From the NCBI GenBank assembly GCA_001643675.2, contig LSRY02000030.1:992001-1056000 (forward strand): DNA of 64,000 nt, read 5' to 3'. How positions within the stretch are numbered: the stretch's first letter is position 1; every line of letters starts with the position of its first letter. A program made the position numbers and the translations under genes. Shown here piece after piece: positions 10,246 through 22,130 of the stretch. This DNA comes from Monocercomonoides exilis PA203 (Eukaryota > Protista > Preaxostyla). The notes under the pieces are model-generated. The model searched no databases and was not told the origin of the DNA. It saw only the letters and a list, made by a program, of their open reading frames with translations.

Positions 10246-11304
10246 GGGTGATTTATAAACCCAGACTTTTTTTAAAATCCGGACTTTTTTTAAAATTCAT
10301 ATTTCTCGACGAGTTTCTAAAGTTAAATTAAAGTAATTTTCATAGTTATGAATTAGCATATAACACATCTAACCATATACAAATTTTTATTTATTGTGCT
10401 GTATTTATGAAGAAATAAATAATTTTTATTTATGAAAATCTGACTTTTGAAGAATTTTTCTATTTTAATAAAACGATTCAGCTCATCTTTTATACATACA
10501 ACTTATTTTTTCTATGCAATAAACGATTTTGGTTATTTTTCATTTTCGGCAATTTGCTCTTTCCAACGGAATGAAAATCTGTCATTTTCAAAAAATCACG
10601 AGCAATGGGATTGCTTAAAAAATATTTTTCATAAGATGCAGGAGCTAGGAACTAAAACTAACCGTTGCATTAATTAATATAATAGTTACATAAAATTATC
10701 ACAAAGTTGTAATTTCTAATGATTCAGTAGGGATCAAATAAATTAATATTATTCAACTTTCAAAGATACTGAAGAAGAAAAATAATCAATTACATAAACA
10801 AATTTCAATTTTGAAATCTTTACTGAATTATTTGAAATTTCAACTTTGTGATAATTTTATGTAACTATTATATTAATTAATGCAACGGTTAGTTTTAGTT
10901 CCTAGCTCCTGCATCTTATGAAAAATATTTTTTAAGCAATCCCATTGCTCGTGATTTTTTGAAAATGACAGATTTTCATTCCGTTGGAAAGAGCAAATTG
11001 CCGAAAATGAAAAATAACCAAAATCGTTTATTGCATAGAAAAAATAAGTTGTATGTATAAAAGATGAGCTGAATCGTTTTATTAAAATAGAAAAATTCTT
11101 CAAAAGTCAGATTTTCATAAATAAAAATTATTTATTTCTTCATAAATACAGCACAATAAATAAAAATTTGTATATGGTTAGATGTGTTATATGCTAATTC
11201 ATAACTATGAAAATTACTTTAATTTAACTTTAGAACCTCGTCGAGAAATATGAATTTTAAAAAAAGTCCGGATTTTAAAAAAAGTCTGGGTTTATAAATC
11301 ACCC
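10246..11304. mobile_element. Fold-back element B with 464-bp near-perfect inverted arms and TA flanks
   Basis: TA|GGGTGATTTATAAAC...GTTTATAAATCACCC|TA. 10246-10709 is the reverse complement of 10841-11304; I saw only one mismatch (gagtttct vs gaggttct). This produces the mirror-image 76-aa ORFs at 10447(+) and 11103(-). Confidence 0.92.
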
Positions 11305-11553
11305 TATGGTTATTTCAAAATAACCATTAACATTTGTTAGTTGGACATGTGAATAATTATATAAAAAAAATGAATAAATAATTAAACAAGAATATACAAT
11401 TTTGAGACTTTCAATATCAGTTTTTGCGTCAAGCATTGAATCCTTCATATTTTTTTGTTTTTAAACATTCATAAAAAGTCTTTTGTAAATCAAAAGGATC
11501 AATCTTGTATCAGTATTTTCTTTTTTCAGTAACATTGGTAAATGTATATTATA

Positions 11554-11988
11554 GGGGAAATTGAATTTTTCAAATTTTTTATTATTAACGGACATAAAAT
11601 AGTATAAGAATCATTTATAAATTAATTAAAATTTGAGATCATCTAATTTTTTGATTAATAATAATCAATGATTCTTAATATTTATGGGATAGATCAATAA
11701 ATTTTCATGTTATTTTTGAGTGCTAACCCTAAAAAGAAGAACGGGAATAAACCCTAAACCCAAGATTTGTTACGCTAACCCTAGAACCTAAACTAATCTA
11801 TTAATGTTGAGATTATTTATGAATTTTAACCCAAATTATAAAAAAAATACTGGGTTAGATCATAATGTTTTGATAGAAAATAAGAAATTTTTATGATTGA
11901 TGATCTTAAATTTTAATTAATTTATAAATGATTCTTATACTGTTTTATGTCCGTTTATAATAAAAAATTTGAAAAATTCGTGTTCCCC
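11554..11988. mobile_element. MITE-like element C with ~90-bp TIRs, TA flanks and internal CCCTAA-like motifs
   Basis: TA|GGGGAA...TTCCCC|TA. The arm 11554-~11645 matches the reverse complement of ~11899-11988 (cggacataaaa.agtataagaatcatttataaattaattaaaattt). Confidence 0.8.
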
Positions 11989-12969
11989 TATCATCTCCTT
12001 TTACCGTAACATTTTCAAATTTGTTGAAAATACATTTTTTGTTATCAATTTTTTTCTTGCAATATCTTCTCTTTTATGTAAATAAATACAATAACACAAG
12101 AAATAATCATCATGAAAAAGTTAGAATAAAATCTTTCTCTTTCAAACAATAATTTTTCATTGGCTATGAATTAAATAATCGCTTCAATGATCTTTGATAC
12201 CCTTTTGAATGGTCCAGATCTTTATTATCCAAAAAAAAAAAATGAAAAGAAAGGAAAGGAAAAGAAAAGAAAAAGAAAAAAGAAAACGTTTGTTCATATA
12301 AAAAATCATGTTTATGAGTGAACGCATTTATGTAAATGCAGAATTTATTTGCAAAAAATAAAACATTTGTAGAAAATCGTTCGAAGATAAAAGAAAACAG
12401 AAGAGTGCAAACAAGATAACAAGTTGGAAAATATAACGTTAAATTATTTTTGTAAACAAAAAATAAAAAGGAAGAAAAGGAAAATGAAAGAAAAGAAAAG
12501 ATAAGATAAGATAAAAAGAATAAATGAACGAACAAAATAAAGAAAAGAAAAGAACATTGAAAAATAAACAAATCATTCCTTTAACATACATAAATGAGGA
12601 ATAATAATACTTATAAAACACAGTTGTGATGAAGAATGGAAAAGTTAGTGAAACAAAAATCCAAAATATGATAAATAAAAATTTTGAAACGGATGATTAA
12701 AAAAGATAAAAAAATAAAAAATAAAACGAAAAATGTTTTGAAATATAGAAATTATAATTTATTTTGAAACATATTTTAAAAATAAATAATTAATAATTAT
12801 GCTATTGTTTAAACAGAAGATAAAAAAGGGGGAAAAAATAAAAGCAAAATAACCACTACAATTACAAAAATAAGAATAAAAGAACTCTCATAATGCATTC
12901 CAAATAATGAAGAAAACGTGTCAAAATCAGGGTTATAAATCATCTAATCTCGTCTTTATTCATCCATAT

Positions 12970-15900
12970 TCAATCGTTTTCATCGCTCTCAGAGTCGTAG
13001 TCTTCGAACACAGCAATCAGATGCTGATGAAAGGTCAAATTGGACGACAGCGGAACAGGAAGAGGAAGCTGATGAGGTACCAAACTTGTCGAGTTCGTGT
13101 GCAAATAAGATGCATTTGAAGAAGAAGAAGAATCATTTCTGGATGAAGCTGGCTGTGTCTGTCCTCTTCTGTGTCTGTGTTCTTGTTGTTGCTGATGGTT
13201 CTGCCCTTGTTCAGCCACACTCCCTTCTCCCTCAACATTTCGATGCTCATTTGAAATTCTCCGAAAAGTGTCTATTTCTCCGATGCCTCTTCGTTCTGTG
13301 TTGTCGCAAGTGCTGTCTCTTCCATTGGAACTGGAGGTGTTTGTGTGAGCGTGTCTGCTCCGTTGTCGGATGGCTGAAATGAGAAGAGGTGTTTGCACTG
13401 GAGAAAGAGGCTGTGAAGGTGCTCTTTCATTGTTCTGCTCATCAGATGAAGAGGATGAAGAAGAAGAAGATGTTAAAGAGGATGAAGAGGATGAAGATGA
13501 TGAAGATGATGGAGGAGACAAAGAAGGAGAAAGAGAGAGAGAAGAAGAAGAGAACGCAGGTGTGGGAATTGGAATTGATGTTGGTGTTGGTGAAGGATTT
13601 CCAGAAGATAACGTTGATTCAGATGCAACAGTATCATCAATTGAAGAAGAATGATTACGTGTTGGTGATGAAGGAGATAGAACTGATAGAGAAGCTGGTG
13701 TAAAAGACGATGTTAGAGATTGCTGCAGAACATTTTCCGATGCAGCAGACGAAGCAATCACTGACTGCTCGTTCTCTAACGCTTTTTGAGAAGAAGATAG
13801 AGAGTTATTTACAGAAGAAGAAGAAGAAGATGATGATGATGATGATGAAGCAGAAGAAGTTGAATCAGGAGCATCCAAAGAAGGAGAAGCTGAAAAGTGA
13901 GAGAGAGAAGCCAATGCTGTTGCACCCACAGTCACATTCTGAGTGTTCTGTTGCTGTTCAAGTGGAGGAGAATGAGGTGTCAGGCACAACGAAACAACTT
14001 CACTGGCAGGCCGAGAAATTGGTGTTGGGGGCGATGAGACAGGAAGAAGAGAAGAAGAGGTGGAGGAGGAGGCGGAGGAGGCAGATGAAGAGTCTGCAGG
14101 AATGTCCTGAAGATGATAGACGAAGGCTGACGAGGACGAAGGGCGGGGTGTGGGCGGAACAGATGCCTGGCTGTGTGTCTGTTTGACTGGCGACATTCCA
14201 AAGGGAAAGAGAGTGGAAGAAGAGAAGAAGGAGGAGGAAGGGTTTGAAGACGATGAAAGAGAAGAAGAAGAAGAAGAAGCTGATGATGTTGAGGATGGAG
14301 TGACTGAATAATAAGGCGGTGGGCAGCTGATTGGGGTGAAAGGAGGAGTGCAGCAACTGGGCGTGGCAAGAGACAGATGTGATGTCACAGACGACGCTGG
14401 CTGAGGAAAAGCAGATGAAAGAAACGAGGCAGAAGGCGTCGGCGGAGGAACAAACTGGAGCGACGAGGAAGTCGAAAGAAGGTTTTGTTGTGGCTGAAAT
14501 GTCTGATAATGTGAATGGTGAAGCGATGTTGTGAAAGGCGAAAGCGCAAGTGAATAGATTCTGGAAGACGAGGCGCCGTATCCGGTGCGACTGCGGGCAG
14601 ACGCTGTTAGCGAAGGCATTGCACTCATCTGAGCATCTGTAGCAACTGAATTTGCAGATGCAGAGGAAGACGAAGATGTGATTGCTGACTGCAATGGCGA
14701 GGAAAGATGGATCTCCACTTCCACAATTGGCTCGATATCTTCATCATCTTCATCGTCGCTGCCTTCATTGTTGATGTTTCCGTGCGGCTGCGACGATGAA
14801 TGAGATGAGATACCTGCTGTTGTGCTCATCTGACCCAACTTCTTCTTCTTCTTCTTCTTCTTCCGTGGATTACTGGCTGCTGAGAGTTGCCTTCCTCTTT
14901 CTCCACTCGTTCCATTTGTAGTTGTCTCAGCACCATAGCGAGCTCTTCCTTTTGCTCTGCCTCTCTTCGGCTGCAAGTGCTCTCCAGCAGGCTCTGTGTG
15001 CTTCCCCTTTTTTATCCAATTCACACCGCCGCAGCAGAAGAACAGAAACACCCCAACCATCACAATCACTGCGGGCCACACCCACCACAGCTCCCTGAAC
15101 CAATACAAGACAGATGCTGAGCTTGTGCTCTTTGTCGAGTCGCCTGTGCTGACCAGGTTCTCAAAGTCCTCTCTGTTTGTTGGGTAGTTTCCCCCACAGC
15201 CCACAAAGCCGTTGGCCATCCACAGATCGCCAACAGAGCCAGACACAGTAGTTACACGAGGCTCAGCTGAGGTCGAAGTGCACGAAAGGAAAGAGCCGCA
15301 GTGCACTCCGCCTTTCATTGAGGTGCTGGCAGATGGCTTTGAGGACGATCTTGTTGGATTGTTTGAGGCGTCACATGATTCGCATGGTGTATCCAATGAT
15401 TCAAAAACTGATGATTCACTTCTTCTTGTTGTTGTTGCGGCTGATTGAGTGAATGCTTCGTCTTCATTTAAAGAAGCTTGCTCTTTCTTTACTTTCTTTG
15501 ATTTCTTCACTTTCTGTCCGTTGTCTGCACCGTAAACATCGCTGCCCAGACTGCTCCTTCCGCACGTATTCTTCACAAACGAGATGCTGCGGAAGAAGAT
15601 CGGTGTTGCTGTTGTTGACTGCCCGTAGATGTACACTCCTCCTCCTCCATTTTGCTTTGCGTCACACATTTTGATTTTGCACTTCTCCATCAAAAGTGTC
15701 TTTTCCATGTCCATCACAGACAAGGCACCGCCAGACACACTTGCTTGGCAGGAATAAAAAGTGCAATCTGAAATGCCGTCTTCTATTATCCAGCTCCCTT
15801 TCACCTCCATTGCGCCTCCCCAACACGACAAACACGAAGTGAAATTAGATGATTCAACATCCACATGAATGTACTCCGTACATATTGCTCCTCCTCTGCT

Positions 15901-17389
15901 GCTTGATTTGCAGCCAATAAAAGAACAGGACGAAACAGAAAGCAAAATTGTGGTGATGTATGAAACAGCAGCTTGATGATAATCACTGCTTCTATCTCGT
16001 TGAATTCCTTGTTTTTGATAAATACCATTCGTTTGTTTTGTCTCCTCCTTGTTCATCTTTTCTTCTTCTTCTTCTTCATTTTCTTCTTCAAAGGAGATGA
16101 AATTTGATTCAGAGGCATCTAAAGATGCAACATAAATTGCTCCTCCTGAACCAAAAGCGTCATCCGTGCAACAATTCGTAAATAAACATCTGGTGAGTGA
16201 AATAACAATAGTTTCATCTTCATTTCTTCCAGCTTCATTTCTGAGCCCTCTTTCGTCTCCGCAGATCTTCACTGATTTTGACATCCCACTCACAATTATG
16301 CATATACAACCTCCATTAATATCCTCAGCCAAGCACCCAATCCAACTTACATCTGTAAAAATGAACAAAGTTTCGTCTGAATCATCAGTCGTTTCAGAAT
16401 TCTTTGTCTGATTGATACATAATATCCTTGGCAGACGATTGTCAAATGCTATTTTTGATTTGTCGTGGGATTCATCAATGCCTGGAACGATTTCATCTTT
16501 TCTCATCGCTTTGAATTCATGTTTGTAAGAAAGCAGACGCTCAACAGCTATTGAATGCCTAATGCAAGATTCAAACGTTGAATTTAATACTTCTATAATT
16601 TCAGGTTTAATATTAACTTTTTGTTCGCTACATAGCCTCTGAATTAATAAACTTGAAGTTCCTAATAATCCCCAGTTAAGTCCACCATAAATTGCATCAT
16701 CCACTCCAAAAAATTGCACTCCATTAATATGCAAACTTCTTTCACTTCCTATAAATTCATTTTTTTGATCCTGAGGAGCATTATGACCTTGGTAAATAGT
16801 AATATTTCTAAAATTGCATTCATTCAAAATTGTTTCAAGAGCACATCCATCAAAAAGTAAAGGTCGTCCAATAGGTTCAATCATTTGTGACAAATCCATA
16901 TGAGTCAAAGAAATTTGTGAAAATTCACTTATGCTTCTTGCAAACGACGTTGATGCCACTTTATTTGGAGATAAGCATGTGTAGTTCAAAAAAGAAATGT
17001 GGACTTGGCCTCCATTTTCAATAAAATGGTGGGAAAACGGTACGCTATCGATTACTAAAAAATTGCACAAAATAAAAACAGAATGCACATCCACAACAGC
17101 AAAGGATGATGAATTAAAAGAACAGCTGCAAGAAAGTTTAAGGCTGCTATTTCGCAAATTAAATTGGTGAAAATCATTAATAAACAATGGTGTACGATCT
17201 GAACAAAGTGTGGTCAGCAAAGATTTGCACACTAAAGAGAAGTTTGATAAAGTAAAAAAGTGAAAAAATAAATATCAGCAAACATTGTTTTTTATAATTC
17301 ATCATAGATGGAAACTGCAAATCATCGAACTGGCAAGCAGTTAATCGAGATATTAATTTAAATATCCAAATGCACAAAAAAATGAGCAT
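12970..17389 (-). CDS. Single-pass membrane protein with a Pmp-like (FxxC/GGAI) ectodomain and a long Ser/Pro-rich cytoplasmic tail; 2 exons
   Basis: 1420-aa ORF. A predicted 52-nt GT-AG intron (17283-17232) joins it in frame to exon 1 from ATG 17389, which encodes a signal-like MLIFLCIWIFKLISRLTAC. Motifs FTNC..GGAIY, FIGC..GGAIC, FTSC..GGAM, FYSC..GGAL; TM WWVWPAVIVMVGVFLFFCC. Confidence 0.75.
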
Positions 17390-17594
17390 TTTTAACAATG
17401 TTGTTCATAATAATTATAATAAGAATGATCAATGAAATTTTGAGTATTTTTTGAACATTGTTCTATTTTCATTTGCATATTGTTTTAATGTAAGAAATAT
17501 TTAAATGAATCTCCGTGGATTATTATTTGTCAACAATATATATTCAAATGAAGGGACCAATTGTTTCAAAAATAAATTTTTTTCATTTCACATT

Positions 17595-20505
17595 ATGTTA
17601 AACCACGTTGAAATAACGTTAGTCAAAGGTGAAAATCTTGTTTCAAGTGCAGAGGCAAGAGAATTTGATCCATTTTGCATTCTGTGCCTTGGAAAGCAAA
17701 GATATATTAGTACAATAAAACATGGAGTAAATCGTGTGCTATGTTATTTTTTCTTTGCTGCACGCAATTAAAATTTCCTGCTTTTTCATATTCTCTTTCT
17801 AAATCGTTCTTTCAGCAAAATGGAACGAAAGTTTCATTTTTGACAAAAACGAATTATCTGCACCTCTTAAAATATTTTTAATGAAAAAGAATCGTGATGA
17901 ACCAACAGAAAACATATTTATTGATGTTGCCGAGATTGATTTAGAACAGTTATTGACTTCAATGCCATTGGCTGAAACAATTACCTTGAAAACTGGAACA
18001 ATATCTATTTCTTTAAGTGAACCGAAAATGAATCCGGATCATGCTCGTTCATCTCCTGTAGCCATAGACGCATCTATGGCACGTCAAACATTAGACCTTT
18101 ATCGAAAGAGTGATCAAAGCAACATTCAAACGTTATTTATGAATAATGAAAAAATTGGTCCAAGAAGGCGTAGAAATGGAATGAAGCATAAAATGCAAAA
18201 GAGCTCCGAGGCAAATGATATTCGTGCGTCTGGACAGCATCATTTTCTTGATTATATTCATCGACTCGATCGCAAAGGAGAAAAAATAGGAGGCAAAGTG
18301 TATGGAAATTATGACAATACCTTTTCTGATCTGAATGAAGAAGAAACGTATGTTCCTCCAACTTCTCTTCCCGAAGAGCATGAAGAAGCAGACGAAGAGC
18401 TTGCAGAGAAAGAGAAAAGATGGGCGCGCATTGCTACTTTTCTGAGCAAGCCCTTTGATTACCGCAGCAAATACATAGCAGAGCTGCAGCAGCTGGACGC
18501 GATGGGTGCAATCAACCTGGACAGAATCCGACGAGAGCAGATTCCCCCAATCACCATCAAATACTGTGCAGCGCTGTTTTTTGTTCCGAGAGAAGGCGAG
18601 GTAGAGGAAATCAGCGGAGGGCTAGTGAGGGATGTGGTTGCACTTGCTGAGCTGTTTGTGGAAAGGGGATATCGAGTTGTGTACTTCTGCGATGCAACGC
18701 CGAAGGAGTATATGAAATGGATGGATTGGCTGATGGCGACGGTGGAAGATGAGATCTTCTGCTATTTCGGAGGGTATGGCGCTCAAGTTGATGTGAATGC
18801 ATTCAGAAATAAAAGGATGTCGAGAAAGGATATCAGAGAAGATAGCAGAAAGATGACACAGATAATGCTGTTTTCAAATGAGGAGCAGAGGAAGAGACTA
18901 AGGAACAGACAAGGTGATGGAGAAGAAGATGGTGAAAGGATGGCTGGTGAGGAAAGGCAATCATTTGGAGTAAACATTCAGAATGAAGCGCTCGATGATC
19001 AAGAAATTTATCAGTTGATTGTACGAAAGGAATATCCTGAAACTCGTCTTGTTCTGTTCAAAGACATCAGAATGAACGATGAAATATTTGGGCCTTCGTC
19101 ATTTTCACATTCGCCTTCTGCTTCAACTTCATCATCATCCTCTTCCTCTTCCTCTCGTTTTGATCAACATCTTGTTCTTCCCCCTCCAAGTGTTGTATCT
19201 GTCTCTTCACTTCACTCTGCATTTTCTGTTTCCTCTTCTGAATCTTCTGAAGACACTTCCATTTCGCCTTCTTCTGCCTTTGTGAATCTGTTAAAAGAAA
19301 ACCCTTCTGCTTCATTCAGCGACTTAGCACAGAATGGAATGCGTTTGAAAACCGATTATGAAGAAGACATCGAAGATGAGTCGGTTGAAGATAATGCTAA
19401 CACTCATCCTTCTTTCCAAATTGCCTGTTTCGATGAAGAGCTGAGCAACGACCAGATCATTGTGACGCTTGTGGCTGAGGAGACAGAGATACAATTGAAT
19501 GAAATCGACGAAGAGCTGCTGGGTGTGCCTCCTGAAGAGATCACGTCCATCCCTGAAGAAGACGAGCCGTCTGCGATTGAGCAGGAGATGGCGACGGTGC
19601 GGTGGGCGCAGTTCTGTGCAGAGCTGGCGAAACCTGCTCCGTACACGAGCAAGTACAAAGAGTATCTGCAGAAGCTGGATGCGATGGGTGCGCTGAACTT
19701 GGAGCGTATAACCAGAGATCAGATTCCGCCAAACATTTACATCGACCACTGTGCAGCTCTGTTCATCAACCCGTATGAAGACCTACCACACACGCTTGAT
19801 GCAGGTCCCTTGGGCGATGCACTGCTTTTGGCGGAGCTGTTTCTGGCACGTGGGTATTATGTGGTGTACTTCTGCGATGCGACACCGCACGAGTACTACA
19901 GATGGATGGACTGGCTGCTGGACAATGTGGAGACGGAGTTTGTGTCTTTCTTCTCAGGGCATGGCACGCAGATACCAGACACGACGGGGAAGGAGGCAGA
20001 CGGGCTGAGCGAGGTGCTGGTGTTTTATGACTCGACGAGGAAGAAGAAAGCAGCAGGGGCAGATGTGCCGAAGATCGAGCCAATTCAGGGCATCACGAAC
20101 GAGACAGTTGATGACGACTGCATGTTCAGTTTGATTACAAGCAAAGAATATCCGCAGACGCGTGTGGTGCTGCTGACGGACTGCTGCCACTCAGGGACGA
20201 TGTTCAACTTCGATCAGGAGATCCCGCCAGACGCACACGGACTCACTCCTCCGATGAATGTGGTGTGTGTCGGCTCTGCGGAAGACAGCCAGACTGCAAA
20301 GCAGACTGTGTTCAAGGGAACAGAGTCGGGTGTGTTCACATACAACTTCACGCAGCTGCTGAAGGAGAAGCCGCACACCACATTTTTGGAGCTGAAGGAG
20401 CACATGGACAAGAAGATCAAGAAGTATCAGTCGATACAATTAACTGGGTCAACATCTGAGTTGTATTCTCATCCAATTATTGTTGATAATGATGATGCTG
20501 AATAA
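17595..20505 (+). CDS. C2-domain metacaspase (peptidase C14) with a tandem inactive + active metacaspase domain; 2 exons
   Basis: Exon 1 (17595-17733), intron 17734-17815 (GTGTG...CAG) and exon 2 give the C2 signatures VEITLVKGENL, DPFCIL and NPKWNESF. The C-terminal domain has FSGHGTQ (His 19960) and TDCCHSG (Cys 20185). An upstream duplicate has FGGYGAQ and FKDIRMN at the equivalent positions. Confidence 0.9.
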
Positions 20506-20999
20506 AGAATATGAGCAAAACTGTTATAATTAATAGTAAAATTTATCTGAATGAAACATTGGCGCTTGTTAGTCTTCTGTATAATAATCATATCTGTAAA
20601 AGCATCTGAATATTATATTAACCATTGGGCTGAATGATGAAAAGTTTTATCGAATAAATGTTGAAACGACTATGTCATGATTTTCATTATTTTAGAAAAG
20701 AAATCTAAAAAAAATGACTTTTTAAAGTGTATAATTTTTTGTTTTAATAACAATAACTTTTTAAGTTTTTATAATTTTTACAAAGAATGATTTTCCTAAA
20801 TAACTTCAATTTTTTGTTGAAATATCATACTTTAAGTAATTAAATTTTCATATAAATGATAAGAATTCTGCAAATGGATACTTCACCGGTTCATCAGAAT
20901 TCACTTTATTTTATGATAAAAGTATTTATCATAGTTTAATACTTATTTGTCCAAAATATCCGACCGAGGAAATCATTCTTTGTTAAGATTAATATTTTT

Positions 21000-21000
<1 letters not shown>

Positions 21001-21042
<42 letters not shown>
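21001..21042. repeat. Poly(A) tract (42 nt)
   Basis: Direct reading of the sequence. Confidence 0.95.
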
Positions 21043-21044
<2 letters not shown>

Positions 21045-21064
21045 GTTGAAAACGTTATGAAATA

Positions 21065-22130
21065 TTATTTTGAAGGACTATATTCAGTCGAACTTTTACT
21101 GTTTCCTGCTCCAAACGGATCAAAATCATCATCTTCTTCAATTTCACGAAAAGTATCATCGGCATCTGAAATTTCTTCTTCATCCATTTCTTAAAGAATT
21201 TCATTTTCCTCTTCAATCAATTCATCAGGTTCACAATGGATCAATTCTTTCATCACATCTTCAAACTGAAGCTTCAACGAACTTTCAACCAAAAACATTG
21301 CAATCTGATCTGCAAGATATTATATTTTCAAACCGGACTGATGAACACATGACCATGAATGCTTCCATAACCCTTCAATTGTGCTTGTGCAATCCAAATT
21401 CTCTTTATTGAAGAATTCCAGCTTGTGGCAGACTGCTTCATGTTTATAACCAAACGAACTCAAACATTGGAAAGCTTTCAGTTCGTCTGAATAAATCATT
21501 ATTCGAATTTTGATGTGATTCAGAATTTTTGAGACCAGTGAAAACTTTGGTTCTGTCTGGAATTATCATCATGAATCGGAAATTAATTCATCCGCAATTT
21601 AACCTATTGATTCCTCCAAAAAATCCAAATAATCTTTTTTTTCCACATTTTTGTTCCTTTTTTCTTTTTCATAATGCCACTCAATATCGTCAGTGTTCAT
21701 ATCTCCTTCAATCTTTTTCTGACGTTTGTTCCAAATTTTAATGCAGCTGTCCATCATGACGCTTTCCCAATAAGATATTGTTTTTCTATTCACAGACAAA
21801 AGCATTGAAACAGTATTTTTTTTTTTTTTTTGATATTTTTTACTAGAGATATAGAAACACAAACAGAGTGACTCAAAAAGGCTATTTCATATTATCAAAT
21901 ACTGTTCCTTCATGAACGGAACTATTGATTTTTCTGCATCTTGGACAAATCCAATATCTGTGTCCTTCTTCCATTCTGCCCGTTTTTTCTATTTTGTGAA
22001 TTCCTCATGTTGGTGAAATCACATATTTCAGGATAGAAAAATACAAATTCTGCGCTTTCTCTTTGTCATTAAATGAACGATTCATCAATGAATATATTCT
22101 ATCTTTCAAGATCAAATTTAGTTCAGACAT
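21065..22130 (-). pseudogene. Decayed Merlin (IS1595/ISXO2-like) DDE transposase
   Basis: Manual minus-strand translation across stops and frameshifts gives RYWICPRCRKINSSVHEGTVF (Zn-ribbon), KKIEGD, WIF/GGINR, FMMIIPDRTK/SLVSKILNHIK, IYSDELKAFQCLSSFGYKHEAVCHKLEF and TSTIEGLW, then an acidic tail. This follows the ISXO2/Merlin motif order W.FG...VPDR...I.SD.W.AY..L...GY.H..V.H...T..IE..W. Confidence 0.8.

Noticed and set aside
10447-11103. Two identical 76-aa ORFs on opposite strands
   Set aside because: They are a by-product of the inverted arms of element B: TTG start, AT-rich, no domain.
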